Assembly (NCBI GenBank): GCA_963797095.1
Contig: CAWCNY010000002.1
Span: forward strand, 96,001-160,000
DNA length: 64,000 nucleotides
Origin: an uncultured Chloroflexia bacterium
Lineage (GTDB): Bacteria > Chloroflexota > Chloroflexia > QHBQ01 > JADMIH01
Direction of reading: 5' to 3'
How positions within the stretch are numbered: position 1 is the stretch's first letter; every line of letters begins with the position of its first letter. Below, piece after piece: positions 50,999 through 61,544 of the stretch. Position numbers and translations under genes: made by a program. The notes under the pieces are model-generated. The model saw only the letters and a program-made list of their open reading frames with translations. It made no database searches and was not told the DNA's origin.

Positions 50999-53890
50999 TT
51001 GATTATACTGCTTAAGAATAGACGGGCAGCATTCTGGCGGTTTTTCGTGCCTGCGCTACTGGCTTTGCTCCCACTGCTGGCGCTGGGTACGGGCAGTTCT
51101 GCGGTAGCATCACCGCCGCTACCTGGAAAGAGCCTCGGCGCAGCTAGCCCTGCGGCAACGGATCAAACGGTGGTGATAAGGGTTTATTTCACTTCTCCTC
51201 AGCAGAGAGATGCCCTGGCTGCCGAGCTTTCTGCCGATGAGATCTCCACCCTCAATGGTTACCTCACAGTCTACCTGGATCGTGACTCCTACGCGACCAC
51301 CACCTCATCCCTTACCACAAGAGGGATCCACTGGGAGGTTGACCAGGACGAAACCTATTTTGCTAATCATGTGGATGCCTTCTTCCCGGGTAACTGGGAT
51401 GGCAATCCCGATACCTTCTTCGGTGGTTATAGGACCGTCGAAGAGAACTATGCCTATATGGACACGTTGGTGGCCGAATACCCCAACCTGGCCGAGACGG
51501 TAGATATCGGCAATTCGTGGTGCAAGACCCACCTGGGCCAGTGTACTCAACCCAACTCGTGGAATGGGTACGATATGTACGCCATCCACATCACCAACCA
51601 AGCCATACCGGGGCCAAAGCCTGTATTCTGGCTCGAGTCAGGCATTCACTCACGCGAGATAGCAGTACCGGAGATGACAACCCGCTTCATGAGCCTGCTG
51701 CTCGACCAGTACAACACCAATCCAGACTCTCATTGGCTGGTGGACTGGCATGACATCTGGATCGTGCCCAACGTCAACCCCGACGGCCATCACATGGTAG
51801 AGAACGGAGCTTCTCAGCCGCGCACCCAGCGCAAGAACGCCGACAGAGACGATGGCTGCACAGCTTATCCTCCATCGGATAGTAGCCAGTTGGGCACCGA
51901 TGACAACCGCAACTTCCCCTTCCTGTGGGGGTGCTGTGGTGGGTCGAGCGGCTCGCCCTGCAACCTCACTTATCGTGGACCGTCGATGGGGTCTGAAGAT
52001 GAGACGCAGGCGATAACGAACAAGATCAGCGAGTTGATCCCCGATCAGCGTGGTCCCAATAACGGTGATCCAGCCCCGATCACGGCCACAGGTGTGTACC
52101 AGAGTATGCACTCCAATGCTGCGCTGAACATATTCCCCTGGGGTTGGACTACGACTAATGCCCCTAACGATACGGATCTCAGGAATATGGGGCTGCATAT
52201 GAATTCGTCAAACGCCTCTCCAACCGGCAACGGTTACGTTACCGGCGAGGCTCCCGATATCCTTTACGCCGTAGATGGAGATTCGCTGGACTGGGGATAT
52301 GGCGAGCGCGGTATCGCGTCCTTCACCACCGAGGTAGGCGGTAGCGGCTTCTTCCCATCCTATAGCACGATTGACGGCATGTGGAATCTGAACAAGGGTG
52401 CCCTGCTTTACCAGGCCAAGCTAGCGCGCACTCCTTACCTGACCACGAGAGGGCCCGATGCCGATACGCTGGTCGCCACGCCTATGACCGCCACCCAGGG
52501 CACCCCAATCCAGGTCACCGGGCGTATGAATTACAACTGGTCCGGCGTAGATGATGTCAGTTATCCAAGTACGCGCCCCAATCTCTACCTGCAGAACATA
52601 GCAGCAGCCGAGTACTACATCGACACCCCTCCCTGGGCCGGCGGCACTGCTATACCGCTCTCGCCCAGTGATGGCAATTTCGATTCACCCACTGAGAACG
52701 TGATGGGCGCGGTCGATACCACGTCGCTGACACCTGGACGGCACCTGTTGTTCATAAGGGGACGTGGTGTGAACGATTACGAAGGCTTCCAGAGCTGGGG
52801 CGCGGTCACAGGCCTGTTTATCGATATTCTGCCGGGTGGGCCTACGCCCACTCCTGGCACTCCCACCGTCACGCCTATACCCACGAACACAGTGCCACCT
52901 ACCAATACACCTACCAGTGTTCCCACGAATACTGCAACTTCTACCAATACTGCAACTTCTACCAGTACCGCCACTTCTACCAATACTGCTACTACGGCAC
53001 CGACTCAAACGCCGGGTGGGTCCACCGCTACGCCTGTGCCTACCGATACCAGCACCGATACACCAGTCGCCCCTACTGATACTCCCGTGATTGGTCCTAC
53101 CGACACTCCTGGTGCTTCTTCCACGCCTGAGGCTACGGATACTCCTGTAGAAGAGACCTCAACTCCTCCCGCTTCGACAGCCACTGCTACTACCCCTCCT
53201 GAGATCACAGCTACCGCTACACCCACAACATGCGTAATAGAGTTTACGGATGTGTCTCCCGACAGCACCTTCTACGCGTACATCGAGTGCCTGGCCTGCC
53301 GTGGGATCATCAACGGCTATGACACCGGGTGTGAGACAGGCAATCCATGCTTCAGGCCCGGTAACCTGGTCACACGTGGTCAGTTGGCTAAGATAGTGTC
53401 TAACTCAGCAGGGTTCAACGAGGACCCCGGTGTACAGCAGTTTGAAGATGTGCCTTTGGGTTCTACCTTCTTCGACTTCATACAAAGGCTGGCAAACCGA
53501 GGTATAGTTTCCGGATATCCATGCGGTGGTCCTGGCGAGCCTTGCGTGGGGCCGGACAATCTGCCGTACTTCAGGCCCAACTCCAATGTCACAAGAGGAC
53601 AGATGTCTAAGATTGTGGCAGAGGCGGCAGCTTATAGTGAGACAGCGGGACCACAGCAGTTCCAGGATGTAGTGCCAGGCTCAACATTCTATGATTACAT
53701 CTGGCGGCTGACGGACCGTGGCATCATGTCAGGATACCCATGTGGAGGGGTTGGAGAGCCTTGTGTGGACCCTGGCGACCTGCCTTACTTCAGGCCCGGA
53801 GCCAATGCGACGAGAGGCCAGGCCAGCAAGATAGTGTCGAACACTTTCTTTCCTGAGTGCCAGCCTACGGAAGATAGGCCCAGCCGCTAG
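50999..53890 (+). CDS. M14 zinc carboxypeptidase with SLH module
   Basis: GIHSRE, PNVNPDG, RKN, DDNRNF, SMHS, FTTE; PT linker; SLH repeats; TTG 50999 after GGAGG. Confidence 0.85.
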   Translation: MIILLKNRRAAFWRFFVPALLALLPLLALGTGSSAVASPPLPGKSLGAASPAATDQTVVIRVYFTSPQQRDALAAELSADEISTLNGYLTVYLDRDSYATTTSSLTTRGIHWEVDQDETYFANHVDAFFPGNWDGNPDTFFGGYRTVEENYAYMDTLVAEYPNLAETVDIGNSWCKTHLGQCTQPNSWNGYDMYAIHITNQAIPGPKPVFWLESGIHSREIAVPEMTTRFMSLLLDQYNTNPDSHWLVDWHDIWIVPNVNPDGHHMVENGASQPRTQRKNADRDDGCTAYPPSDSSQLGTDDNRNFPFLWGCCGGSSGSPCNLTYRGPSMGSEDETQAITNKISELIPDQRGPNNGDPAPITATGVYQSMHSNAALNIFPWGWTTTNAPNDTDLRNMGLHMNSSNASPTGNGYVTGEAPDILYAVDGDSLDWGYGERGIASFTTEVGGSGFFPSYSTIDGMWNLNKGALLYQAKLARTPYLTTRGPDADTLVATPMTATQGTPIQVTGRMNYNWSGVDDVSYPSTRPNLYLQNIAAAEYYIDTPPWAGGTAIPLSPSDGNFDSPTENVMGAVDTTSLTPGRHLLFIRGRGVNDYEGFQSWGAVTGLFIDILPGGPTPTPGTPTVTPIPTNTVPPTNTPTSVPTNTATSTNTATSTSTATSTNTATTAPTQTPGGSTATPVPTDTSTDTPVAPTDTPVIGPTDTPGASSTPEATDTPVEETSTPPASTATATTPPEITATATPTTCVIEFTDVSPDSTFYAYIECLACRGIINGYDTGCETGNPCFRPGNLVTRGQLAKIVSNSAGFNEDPGVQQFEDVPLGSTFFDFIQRLANRGIVSGYPCGGPGEPCVGPDNLPYFRPNSNVTRGQMSKIVAEAAAYSETAGPQQFQDVVPGSTFYDYIWRLTDRGIMSGYPCGGVGEPCVDPGDLPYFRPGANATRGQASKIVSNTFFPECQPTEDRPSR

Positions 53891-53941
53891 CGTTACCGTT
53901 GATTGAGGTGATCTGAGGACGAGGGCCTATCGCCTTCGTCC

Positions 53942-54994
53942 TCAATCTTTTACCCTGCGACTGTTGACTATAAAGATGCCGGTGAGTACAAGCAGACCGC
54001 CGCCGATCTGATTGAGCGCCAGGTCTTCTCCCAGCAGAGGCACGGCAAACAGAGCGGTGATAACGGGCTGAGAGAGGAGAGAAACAGAGGTGAGAGGCGC
54101 GGGCAGGTGGCCCAACGAATAGTTGATTGATATCCACCCTAGTGCGTGGGATACCAGGCCGAGGGCAACGAGCGCCCACCACTGCCTCGCCTCGAAGCCC
54201 CAGATCTGCTCGCGCATCACCAGGACGTAAGCCAGAAGCAGCACGGTGGCGGCAGCCGAGTTGATCCACATGAAATGCATGGTGCCCAGACTGCGGCGCA
54301 CCCGGTTGGTGGAGAGGATGTAGGCAGCGTAGAAGGTGCTGGAGAGGATAGCGAGCAGGTCGCCCCAGGACGGTTGGAGATGTTCGAGCGCATCACGTCC
54401 GACCACGACAGCCACGCCTGCGAGAGCGATCACCATGCCAAACCAGAATCGGCGCTTGAGGCTTTCGTGGAAGATGAGGAGCGCGCCCAGGCTCACCCAG
54501 AGGGTTGAGAGGTTGCCCAGGAGAGTGGAGTTGGCGGCGGATGTAAAGAGCAGAGAAGTGTTCCAGAAGCCGAGGTCGAGTGCGAAAAAGAGGCCCGCCA
54601 GGAGAGTGCCCCAGAGAAGTTTTGAGCGCGGAGAGCGGAGAGCGGATTGTGGGCTGGTGGTGTTCGGGTTCGATATCGGTTGGGTGACTGAGGCATTCTT
54701 ATTTCGAGTTCCGAGCTCCCTACCACGCACTTTCCGCAGACGTGCGAGGTAAAAGCCATAGGGTAGGGAGAGTGCGATGGTGGCGATGGCGACGCGGTAG
54801 AAGGCCGTGACCGCGCCCGATATGTGTGGCGCGCCAACGGGGTTGGCCCACTTGGTGAAGATGGCCGAGAAGCCGATACAGATAACGCCGAGGGCGAGGG
54901 CGGCATAGGCGCGCAAGCCGGCGCTCTGTGTGCTGCGGCGCAAGCGGGTGAAGGGGCGCGGGGCGGTGTTGGTGGTCAGCTCAGTTGCTGGCAT
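53942..54994 (-). CDS. DMT/EamA family transporter
   Basis: ~10 TM helices; AFYR, GDLLAILSS.FYA.Y, SLLSQPV, LLGE. Confidence 0.88.
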   Translation of the reverse strand: MPATELTTNTAPRPFTRLRRSTQSAGLRAYAALALGVICIGFSAIFTKWANPVGAPHISGAVTAFYRVAIATIALSLPYGFYLARLRKVRGRELGTRNKNASVTQPISNPNTTSPQSALRSPRSKLLWGTLLAGLFFALDLGFWNTSLLFTSAANSTLLGNLSTLWVSLGALLIFHESLKRRFWFGMVIALAGVAVVVGRDALEHLQPSWGDLLAILSSTFYAAYILSTNRVRRSLGTMHFMWINSAAATVLLLAYVLVMREQIWGFEARQWWALVALGLVSHALGWISINYSLGHLPAPLTSVSLLSQPVITALFAVPLLGEDLALNQIGGGLLVLTGIFIVNSRRVKD

Positions 54995-55005
54995 TTTTGA
55001 CTACG

Positions 55006-56835
55006 CTACGCGCTCTTTTCCAACACCACATCTTCATCCGAGGTCTGGGCAGCTTCTTGCTCCTGGTACTGAAGCTGGTAGAGGCGGTAATAGTAGCCGT
55101 TGCGGGCGAGGAGCTCTTCGTGCGTGCCTTCTTCTACTATGCTGCCCTTGTGGAGAACGATGATACGGTCTACGTGCTTGATGGTGGAGAGGCGGTGGGC
55201 GATGATAATGCTGGTCCTGCCGCGCATCAGCTTATAGAGGGCATCCTGGATAAGGGCTTCTGTCTCGGTGTCTACGCTGGAAGTGGCCTCGTCCATTACG
55301 AGGAGCACTGCCGGATTGAAAGCGATAGCGCGGGCGAATGTCAGGAGTTGCCGCTGGCCTACCGACAGGTTGGCCCCTCGCTCCTTCACCTCGTGCTGGT
55401 AGCCGTCCTCGAAGCGGTCTATAAAGTGGGAGGCATTGACGTATTCAGCAGCGCGGCGCACCTCCTCGTCGGTGATCTCTTTGTCCAGCAGGCGGATATT
55501 GCGCTCGATTGTGCCTGAGAAGAGGACCGGATCCTGTAGCACCACACCTATATGCCGCCTCAATTGCGCCTGGCGCACATCACGTACATCCACTCCATCG
55601 ATCAGGATCGCTCCCTTCTGCACATCGTAGAAGCGGCTAAGGATGCTGATCATGCTGGTCTTGCCAGCGCCGGTCGCACCCACTATCGCCACGCTTGTGC
55701 CCGCCGGTATCTTGAAACTGACGCCCTTGAGCACTGGCTCGTCGGGGTTGTAGGCGAAATGAACATCGCGGAACTCGATGTCACCCACCACTTTGCCAAG
55801 TAGCTTGGGATGCTCTGGGTCAACCACAATGGGCTGCTCGTCGAGGAGCATGAAGACGCGCTCGGCGGCGGCCATCGCTCCCTGCATGATGTTGTACTTC
55901 TCGGCCAGGTCGCGGATCGGCATGAAGGCGCGGTCGGTGTACTGGAAGAAGAGCACCAGCGTGCCGAAGGTCAACGTACCCGCCAATACTTCGCCTGAGC
56001 CATACCAGAGGAGGAGCGCCATAGCCAGAGTGGAGAGGAAACTGACCACCGGGAAGAAATAGGCGAATACGCGCAAGGCATCCAGGTTTGCCACCAGGTA
56101 GTGTTTGTTGAGTCCGTCGAACTCTTTGTGCTTACGCTTCTCGCGGTTGAATAGCTGGACCACCAGCATACCTGACAGATTTTCCTGGAGGAAGGCGTTG
56201 AGACGGGCCAGCCTAACGCGTTGCTGGCGGTAGGTGGTGCGCATCCAGCCCTGGAAAAGCCAGCTTGCCAGCGCGATAAAAGGGAGGACGGCGAGGCTAA
56301 CGAGCGCCAGCCGCCAATCAACCACAAACATGGTGCCGACCACACCCGCCAGAATCACCACATCCCCCGCTATGGTCACCACGCCGGAGCCTATGAACTC
56401 GTTGAGCGCGTCTACATCGTTAGTGAGGCGGCTGATCAGCCGGCCCACGGGGTTGCGGTCGAAGTAGTGGAGAGATTGGTGCTGGAGATGGGAGAATATG
56501 CCGTTTCGCAGGTCGTACATAACGTTCTGGCCGATGATCTGCATCAGGTAGTTCTGGGCATAACGGAACACGAAGGAGATAGCCAGGGCAGCTATATATG
56601 CCAGCCCTATTGTCCATAGAAGCTCAGGCTTGCCCGGCACGATAGCATTGTCGATCGCGACCTTGCTCAGGTATGGGGTAACCAACTCGGCAAGGGTGGT
56701 GGCGAATATCAGAACGAACGCAATAGCGACCTGCTTCTTGTAAGGACGGAGGTAAGTAAGCAGCCGGCGCATGAGGTGCGCATCGTAAGCTTTGCCCAAT
56801 ATCTCGTCTTCTTGAACCAAATTCGCTCCAGCCAT
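55006..56835 (-). CDS. ABC exporter, fused TMD-NBD (consensus Walker B subunit)
   Basis: GATGAGKT, LSVGQRQ, MDEATSSVD, IAHRLST. Confidence 0.93.
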   Translation of the reverse strand: MAGANLVQEDEILGKAYDAHLMRRLLTYLRPYKKQVAIAFVLIFATTLAELVTPYLSKVAIDNAIVPGKPELLWTIGLAYIAALAISFVFRYAQNYLMQIIGQNVMYDLRNGIFSHLQHQSLHYFDRNPVGRLISRLTNDVDALNEFIGSGVVTIAGDVVILAGVVGTMFVVDWRLALVSLAVLPFIALASWLFQGWMRTTYRQQRVRLARLNAFLQENLSGMLVVQLFNREKRKHKEFDGLNKHYLVANLDALRVFAYFFPVVSFLSTLAMALLLWYGSGEVLAGTLTFGTLVLFFQYTDRAFMPIRDLAEKYNIMQGAMAAAERVFMLLDEQPIVVDPEHPKLLGKVVGDIEFRDVHFAYNPDEPVLKGVSFKIPAGTSVAIVGATGAGKTSMISILSRFYDVQKGAILIDGVDVRDVRQAQLRRHIGVVLQDPVLFSGTIERNIRLLDKEITDEEVRRAAEYVNASHFIDRFEDGYQHEVKERGANLSVGQRQLLTFARAIAFNPAVLLVMDEATSSVDTETEALIQDALYKLMRGRTSIIIAHRLSTIKHVDRIIVLHKGSIVEEGTHEELLARNGYYYRLYQLQYQEQEAAQTSDEDVVLEKSA

Positions 56836-56982
56836 GTATCTCCTTTATGTGAGGGTGTCGGGTTGGAGTCCGGTAGTGATTGGGTGCCACGCCTGACGGT
56901 CCAACCCGGTACCCTGCGCTTTAATTATATAGGACGAAGCACGAAAGACGAAGGACGAATGAAAGACCTTCGTTTTCCGTCG

Positions 56983-58725
56983 TTAATCAATGCCCAACTC
57001 GTGTGAAAGCAACTCGCGGCGGTACATACTGGCGTAGCTGCCGCGCTGTGCTACCAACTCGGAATGGGTACCGCGCTCGATGATCTTGCCATCATCGATC
57101 ACTATGATCTGGTCGGCTTCTTTGACGGTGGAAATGCGCTGGCTGATGATAATACTTGTGCGATCTTTGAGGACGGTGCGCAGGCCAGCCAGGATCTCTG
57201 ATTGGGTCTGAGTATCAATGCTGGAAAGCGAGTCGTCCAGCACCAGGATCGCGGGGTCGCGCATGACCGCCCGTGAGAGGGCTGTGCGCTGCTTCTGGCC
57301 GCCCGAGAGGGTTACACCGCGCTCGCCTATGACCGTCTTGATCCCTTCTGGAAACTGGTCGAGGTCGTTGCTGAGGCGCGCTACCGTCACCGCTTGCTCC
57401 ACGCGCTCAGGATCCAGCTCGTCCACGCCGAACGCCACATTCTCTTCGAGGGAAGTCGAGAAGAGGAACGTGTCCTGGGGCACGTAACCAATGTTGCGCC
57501 GCAGGACTGCCAGAGGTATTCGCCGCACGTCTACATCATCAACCAGCACTTTGCCCGATTGCGCTTCGTACACCCGTGCAATCAGGTTCACGATGGATGT
57601 CTTGCCAGCGCCGGTGGCTCCCACGATAGCCAGGGTGGTGCCCTTCGGTGCGTGGAAGGAAATATCGTCCAGAACCTTGTGCTTGCCGCCATCGTAGCTC
57701 AGCGAAACATGGTCGAACCTGATATCGCCCTGGATACTTTCGATGGGGAGCGTTTCTTTGCTGTCGGCGATTTTGGTGCGCTGGCCCATCATCTCGCGGA
57801 TGCGCCCCATGGAAGCCGCGCCCTGCTGGTAGAGGCTGACCACCCAACCGAGGGCGATCATCGGCCAGGCAAGCAGCAACAAATAGCCGTTGAACTGCAC
57901 AAACTGGCCCAGCGTCAGGTTGCCGCTAATTACTTCATTGCCGCCAACGAACAGGATGGCGACCCCCGCCAGCCCCAACACAAAAGCCATCATCGGCCAC
58001 ATTAGCTGATTGAAAATCTGGTATTTGAGGCTGCGACGCCGATAATCGCTGCTCTCTTCCGCGAAGTGCTCGATCTCATACTCTTCCTGAGCGTAGGCCT
58101 TCACCACGCGGATGCCCGCGAAATTCTCTTGCGAGTAGGTGGATAGATTGCTGAACTGTGCCTGCACACTTTCGAAGTGGGTGTGCATACGCCTCCCAAT
58201 TATTACGAAGGCCACGCTCACGAGGGGCATGAAGAAGATGAGGACCAGCGCCAGCTTGAGATTGATCGAGATCATCAGAACGGCGGCAAACACGAACATC
58301 ATGACCGTGCGCACTCCGTTGGAGAGGCCGGGACCGAGGGCCATACGGACGGCTGACATATCGTTGGTGGCACGCGCCATGATGTCACCGGTGTGCATGG
58401 TCTGGAACCAGCCCTGGTGCATCTTCTGGAGGTGGGTGAAGAAATCGTTGCGTAGTTCGTATTCCACCTTTCGCGACACGGCGTTGAGCGTGTAGCGCGA
58501 AAAGAACTCGCCTATGCTGCCCAGCAAAGCCAGCCCCGCAATCCAGATCGCCAGTTGCACTACTTCGTCCTGGGGTGCCTTGTTGGTCAGTTCGTCGATG
58601 GCTTGTCCTAGCAGGTACGGCTGGGCCAGCGCCAGCAAAGCTGTGGCGATCACCATGACTGCGCCCAAAAGGAGGCTGGGCCAGTGGCGTCTCATGTAGG
58701 GGAGCAGGGTTTTCAGGTCGCGCAA
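56983..58725 (-). CDS. ABC exporter, fused TMD-NBD (degenerate subunit of a heterodimer)
   Basis: GATGAGKT, LSGGQKQ, degenerate LDDSLS and SQR; YheI/YheH- or TmrAB-type pair. Confidence 0.93.
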   Translation of the reverse strand: MRDLKTLLPYMRRHWPSLLLGAVMVIATALLALAQPYLLGQAIDELTNKAPQDEVVQLAIWIAGLALLGSIGEFFSRYTLNAVSRKVEYELRNDFFTHLQKMHQGWFQTMHTGDIMARATNDMSAVRMALGPGLSNGVRTVMMFVFAAVLMISINLKLALVLIFFMPLVSVAFVIIGRRMHTHFESVQAQFSNLSTYSQENFAGIRVVKAYAQEEYEIEHFAEESSDYRRRSLKYQIFNQLMWPMMAFVLGLAGVAILFVGGNEVISGNLTLGQFVQFNGYLLLLAWPMIALGWVVSLYQQGAASMGRIREMMGQRTKIADSKETLPIESIQGDIRFDHVSLSYDGGKHKVLDDISFHAPKGTTLAIVGATGAGKTSIVNLIARVYEAQSGKVLVDDVDVRRIPLAVLRRNIGYVPQDTFLFSTSLEENVAFGVDELDPERVEQAVTVARLSNDLDQFPEGIKTVIGERGVTLSGGQKQRTALSRAVMRDPAILVLDDSLSSIDTQTQSEILAGLRTVLKDRTSIIISQRISTVKEADQIIVIDDGKIIERGTHSELVAQRGSYASMYRRELLSHELGID

Positions 58726-59010
58726 AGCTTCTTCTCCTAATAGTGTTCAGGGGGAAATAATAGCATAGCAGAAAGTGCTATTCTGTAAATCGGTCTGAAG
58801 ACGGATATTCTATATATTATAAATGTCTAAGTGAGGAATTGGCAAAACAAAAAGGACCTCTTCGGCCAGGGGCAATATCGCGAGCCATTTAGCCGTACAA
58901 TACATGCAGATTAGCTCACGTCATATAGCACAGAAATTGATGGATGTAAGGAGAAGGGCAGGACAGATGGGTGGGTAGGAGACGCCTTCAATTTTGTTTT
59001 GAAGGCGAAT

Positions 59011-61086
59011 TTACCACTCGAGTACGGCCTGGTCGATCATAATGAAGATCGGATAGTTTATCTTGTCGCTGGGGTCCAGGTTGGTAATAGTGAGGCTATT
59101 TTCGCCCTCTTGAAGCACCTTGTTGGCGACCCGCCATTCGGCCCACCCCCAATTGCCTTCGCCATCTGGACCGCTTTTATGGTCGTTGGGCAAGGGGTCA
59201 GGGCCTTCATATAGCACCGAATTGTTGATGGTAATGCGCATGGGTGTCTTGTGCGTGTCCTCTGAGTTGAGGCCGAGCAATCTCAGCCTGCCGGGGCCTT
59301 TAGGCTGCTTCTCGATGACGAAGCGGGCAGTCATGGTACTGTATTGAGTCCCCTGCCCATAGACCCATTGGGCTGAGTGGCCGTGATAGCCGTCCTCGCG
59401 CGTGTACCCTCCCGTAAAACTATTATCGTCCAATACAACGCCATTTCCTTGCGTGTCAATGGGTGTGGGTGTAAAGAGGCCCGGCAGGATTTGCTCCGGG
59501 GTTGCAGTTGGAATTGCAATAGTAGGCATAACTATCGGGGTGTCAGTCGGAACAGACCCTGTGGGATTGCCTTGCTCCGGCGTGTTGGTGGGTGCTACTT
59601 GCTCCGGTGTATCTGTCGGTATAGCTTCAGGTGTGTCGGTTGGAGCCTCGGTGGGTATTTCTGTAGGTACTTCGGTGGCAGTTTCGGTTGGGGGTTCGGT
59701 TGGCGCTTCAGTGGGCGTTTCCGTGAACGGTAGGGGCGTGCTGGTTGGCGGCCTCAATGTTGCCGTAGGCACTATGGGCGGTGATGTGGGGGATGGGGTA
59801 GGTGATGGGAGCACGCTTGGGGTTGTGGGCGTGGGTGTGGCGCTGGCAAATATGCCGAGGAAAGCGTTGTTCCCCCAGATACCGAGGGCGCATAGCCCCA
59901 GGCCGAACACCACCAGCCCGCCCAGAAATCCCCACACCATAGCTCTACGCCCGCCCGTGCCCTGCACAGTTACGGTGGTTTGCGCACGAGGCGTGTATAC
60001 TCCAGGTTGGGCTTGCGTGACCCGCTTCGTTACCTGCGGCACGCTCACAGGCGTTGGACCTGCGCTGTTGGTGGTCTGCGCGCGTACGAGGGGCACCACT
60101 CCAGGAGCGGTTTGGGCTGCCATAGGGATCTGCTGGCTTATCTCGGCCTGCGTGCGGCGCGGCGGCCTGCTCGCTCCCTGCGGGTTAGCGGGTACGGGGG
60201 GTGCCACAGGCACCGCCATCGTCGGCTGGTTGAAAGACGAGCCTATACCCAGCAGATCGGCAGCCAGTGCATCGGTATTAGGATAGCGTGCACGTGGGTC
60301 CTTCAGAAGGCAGCGCATCACCACATTTTCCAGTGATGGGGGCACTTCGGGTGCCAGGGCGTGCAGGGGGCGCGGCTGCTCCCACACCTGTTTGTAGGCC
60401 ACCACCGCCGGATTGTCTCCCGTGAAGGGCGGGGTGCCTGCAAGCATCTCGTACATGACGCAGCCAAGGGCGTACACGTCGGAGGGTGGGCCGACAGGCT
60501 CGCCCGTGGCCTGTTCGGGGGACAGGTAGGCGGCTGTACCGAAGGTCATCCCGGTCTGGGTTAGCTCAGGGCCTGAAAGCGCCTTGACGATTCCAAAATC
60601 GCCGAGGCGGGCGTGACCCTTGCGGTCGACGAGGATGTTCTGAGGTTTGACATCGCGGTGGATGAGACCGCGTGCGTGTGCGGCTGAGAGGGCGGCGCAT
60701 ACCTGCGTGGCTATCGAGACCGTTTCGGCGGCGGTCATTCGGCCTCGCCGCATGAGGATGTCTTTCAGGTTTTGCCCCTCGACGAACTGCATCGCGATGA
60801 ACATGGAGCCATCGGGAGCCTCACCGAAATCGTAAACGTCCACGATGTTGGGGTGGGCAAGCCCTGCGGCAGCACGCGCCTCGTTGAGGAAACGGGCGCG
60901 GGATGCCTGGTCGTGTACGAACTGTCGGCGCAGTATCTTAATTGCGACTATGCGGTCGAGGCGCTGGTCGCGGGCGCGGAACACCTCGGCGGCTCCGCCT
61001 TCGCCTACCTTGTCAAGTAAACGGTAGCGACCCGCGAGTAAGTTTTCATCAATACGCTGTGTCGCGCCGTCTGGCGGTTGATTCAT
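59011..61086 (-). CDS. Hanks-type Ser/Thr protein kinase with TM helix, PT linker and extracellular domain
   Basis: GEGGAAEV, VAIK, HRDVKPQN, DFG, YLSPEQ; no PASTA repeats recognised. Confidence 0.92.
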   Translation of the reverse strand: MNQPPDGATQRIDENLLAGRYRLLDKVGEGGAAEVFRARDQRLDRIVAIKILRRQFVHDQASRARFLNEARAAAGLAHPNIVDVYDFGEAPDGSMFIAMQFVEGQNLKDILMRRGRMTAAETVSIATQVCAALSAAHARGLIHRDVKPQNILVDRKGHARLGDFGIVKALSGPELTQTGMTFGTAAYLSPEQATGEPVGPPSDVYALGCVMYEMLAGTPPFTGDNPAVVAYKQVWEQPRPLHALAPEVPPSLENVVMRCLLKDPRARYPNTDALAADLLGIGSSFNQPTMAVPVAPPVPANPQGASRPPRRTQAEISQQIPMAAQTAPGVVPLVRAQTTNSAGPTPVSVPQVTKRVTQAQPGVYTPRAQTTVTVQGTGGRRAMVWGFLGGLVVFGLGLCALGIWGNNAFLGIFASATPTPTTPSVLPSPTPSPTSPPIVPTATLRPPTSTPLPFTETPTEAPTEPPTETATEVPTEIPTEAPTDTPEAIPTDTPEQVAPTNTPEQGNPTGSVPTDTPIVMPTIAIPTATPEQILPGLFTPTPIDTQGNGVVLDDNSFTGGYTREDGYHGHSAQWVYGQGTQYSTMTARFVIEKQPKGPGRLRLLGLNSEDTHKTPMRITINNSVLYEGPDPLPNDHKSGPDGEGNWGWAEWRVANKVLQEGENSLTITNLDPSDKINYPIFIMIDQAVLEW

Positions 61087-61195
61087 AGCTACATTGTACC
61101 ATTTCCGCTGCCCAGCGACCGACCGCAGGGATAGTTTGTTGACAGCCTGGATGGACTTATGCTACTGTGCTCTAAATTGCAAGAAGGAGTCCAGG

Positions 61196-61279
61196 ATGAT
61201 TCGCAGCCTCTTACTGGTGGCGGTCAGTGTCGTGGCGATGCTCGCTTTCGGTGGCGCGGCCCTGATGTTCCGCCGGTAA
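61196..61279 (+). CDS. 27-aa hydrophobic small protein
   Basis: MIRSLLLVAVSVVAMLAFGGAALMFRR; AAGGAG SD; TTGACA-N18-TACTGT with extended TG upstream. Confidence 0.55.
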   Translation: MIRSLLLVAVSVVAMLAFGGAALMFRR

Positions 61280-61357
61280 GTTCGGGATAAGGATGTGTAC
61301 CTTAGTACAGCTAGTGATTCGGATTTTGGGAAGTCGATCGGTAGATGCTTATTCTTG

Positions 61358-61429
61358 CCCTCATGTACTATAAGGCATTGGTGGAGCAAAACGGGACAGG
61401 TTTTGGGGTGTACTTTCGGGCAGTTTTTT
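61358..61429 (-). repeat. Dispersed conserved intergenic element, copy 3
   Basis: Minus strand: aaagtacaccccaaaacctgtcccgttttgctccaccaatgccttatagtacatgaggg. Confidence 0.8.
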
Positions 61430-61544
61430 GTGTGGGGTTAGGGGTGAGGAGCGTGGTATGATGGACAAAGGGGGATAGGCAGGGATCGCCTCTGCATTTG
61501 CTCTTTGAGGGCAATGTCAGGTACGACCGGAGGCATGTGTTGTC

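Noticed and set aside
56983-58725. Degenerate Walker B and H-switch as a sign of pseudogenisation
   Set aside because: Normal for one subunit of heterodimeric ABC exporters.
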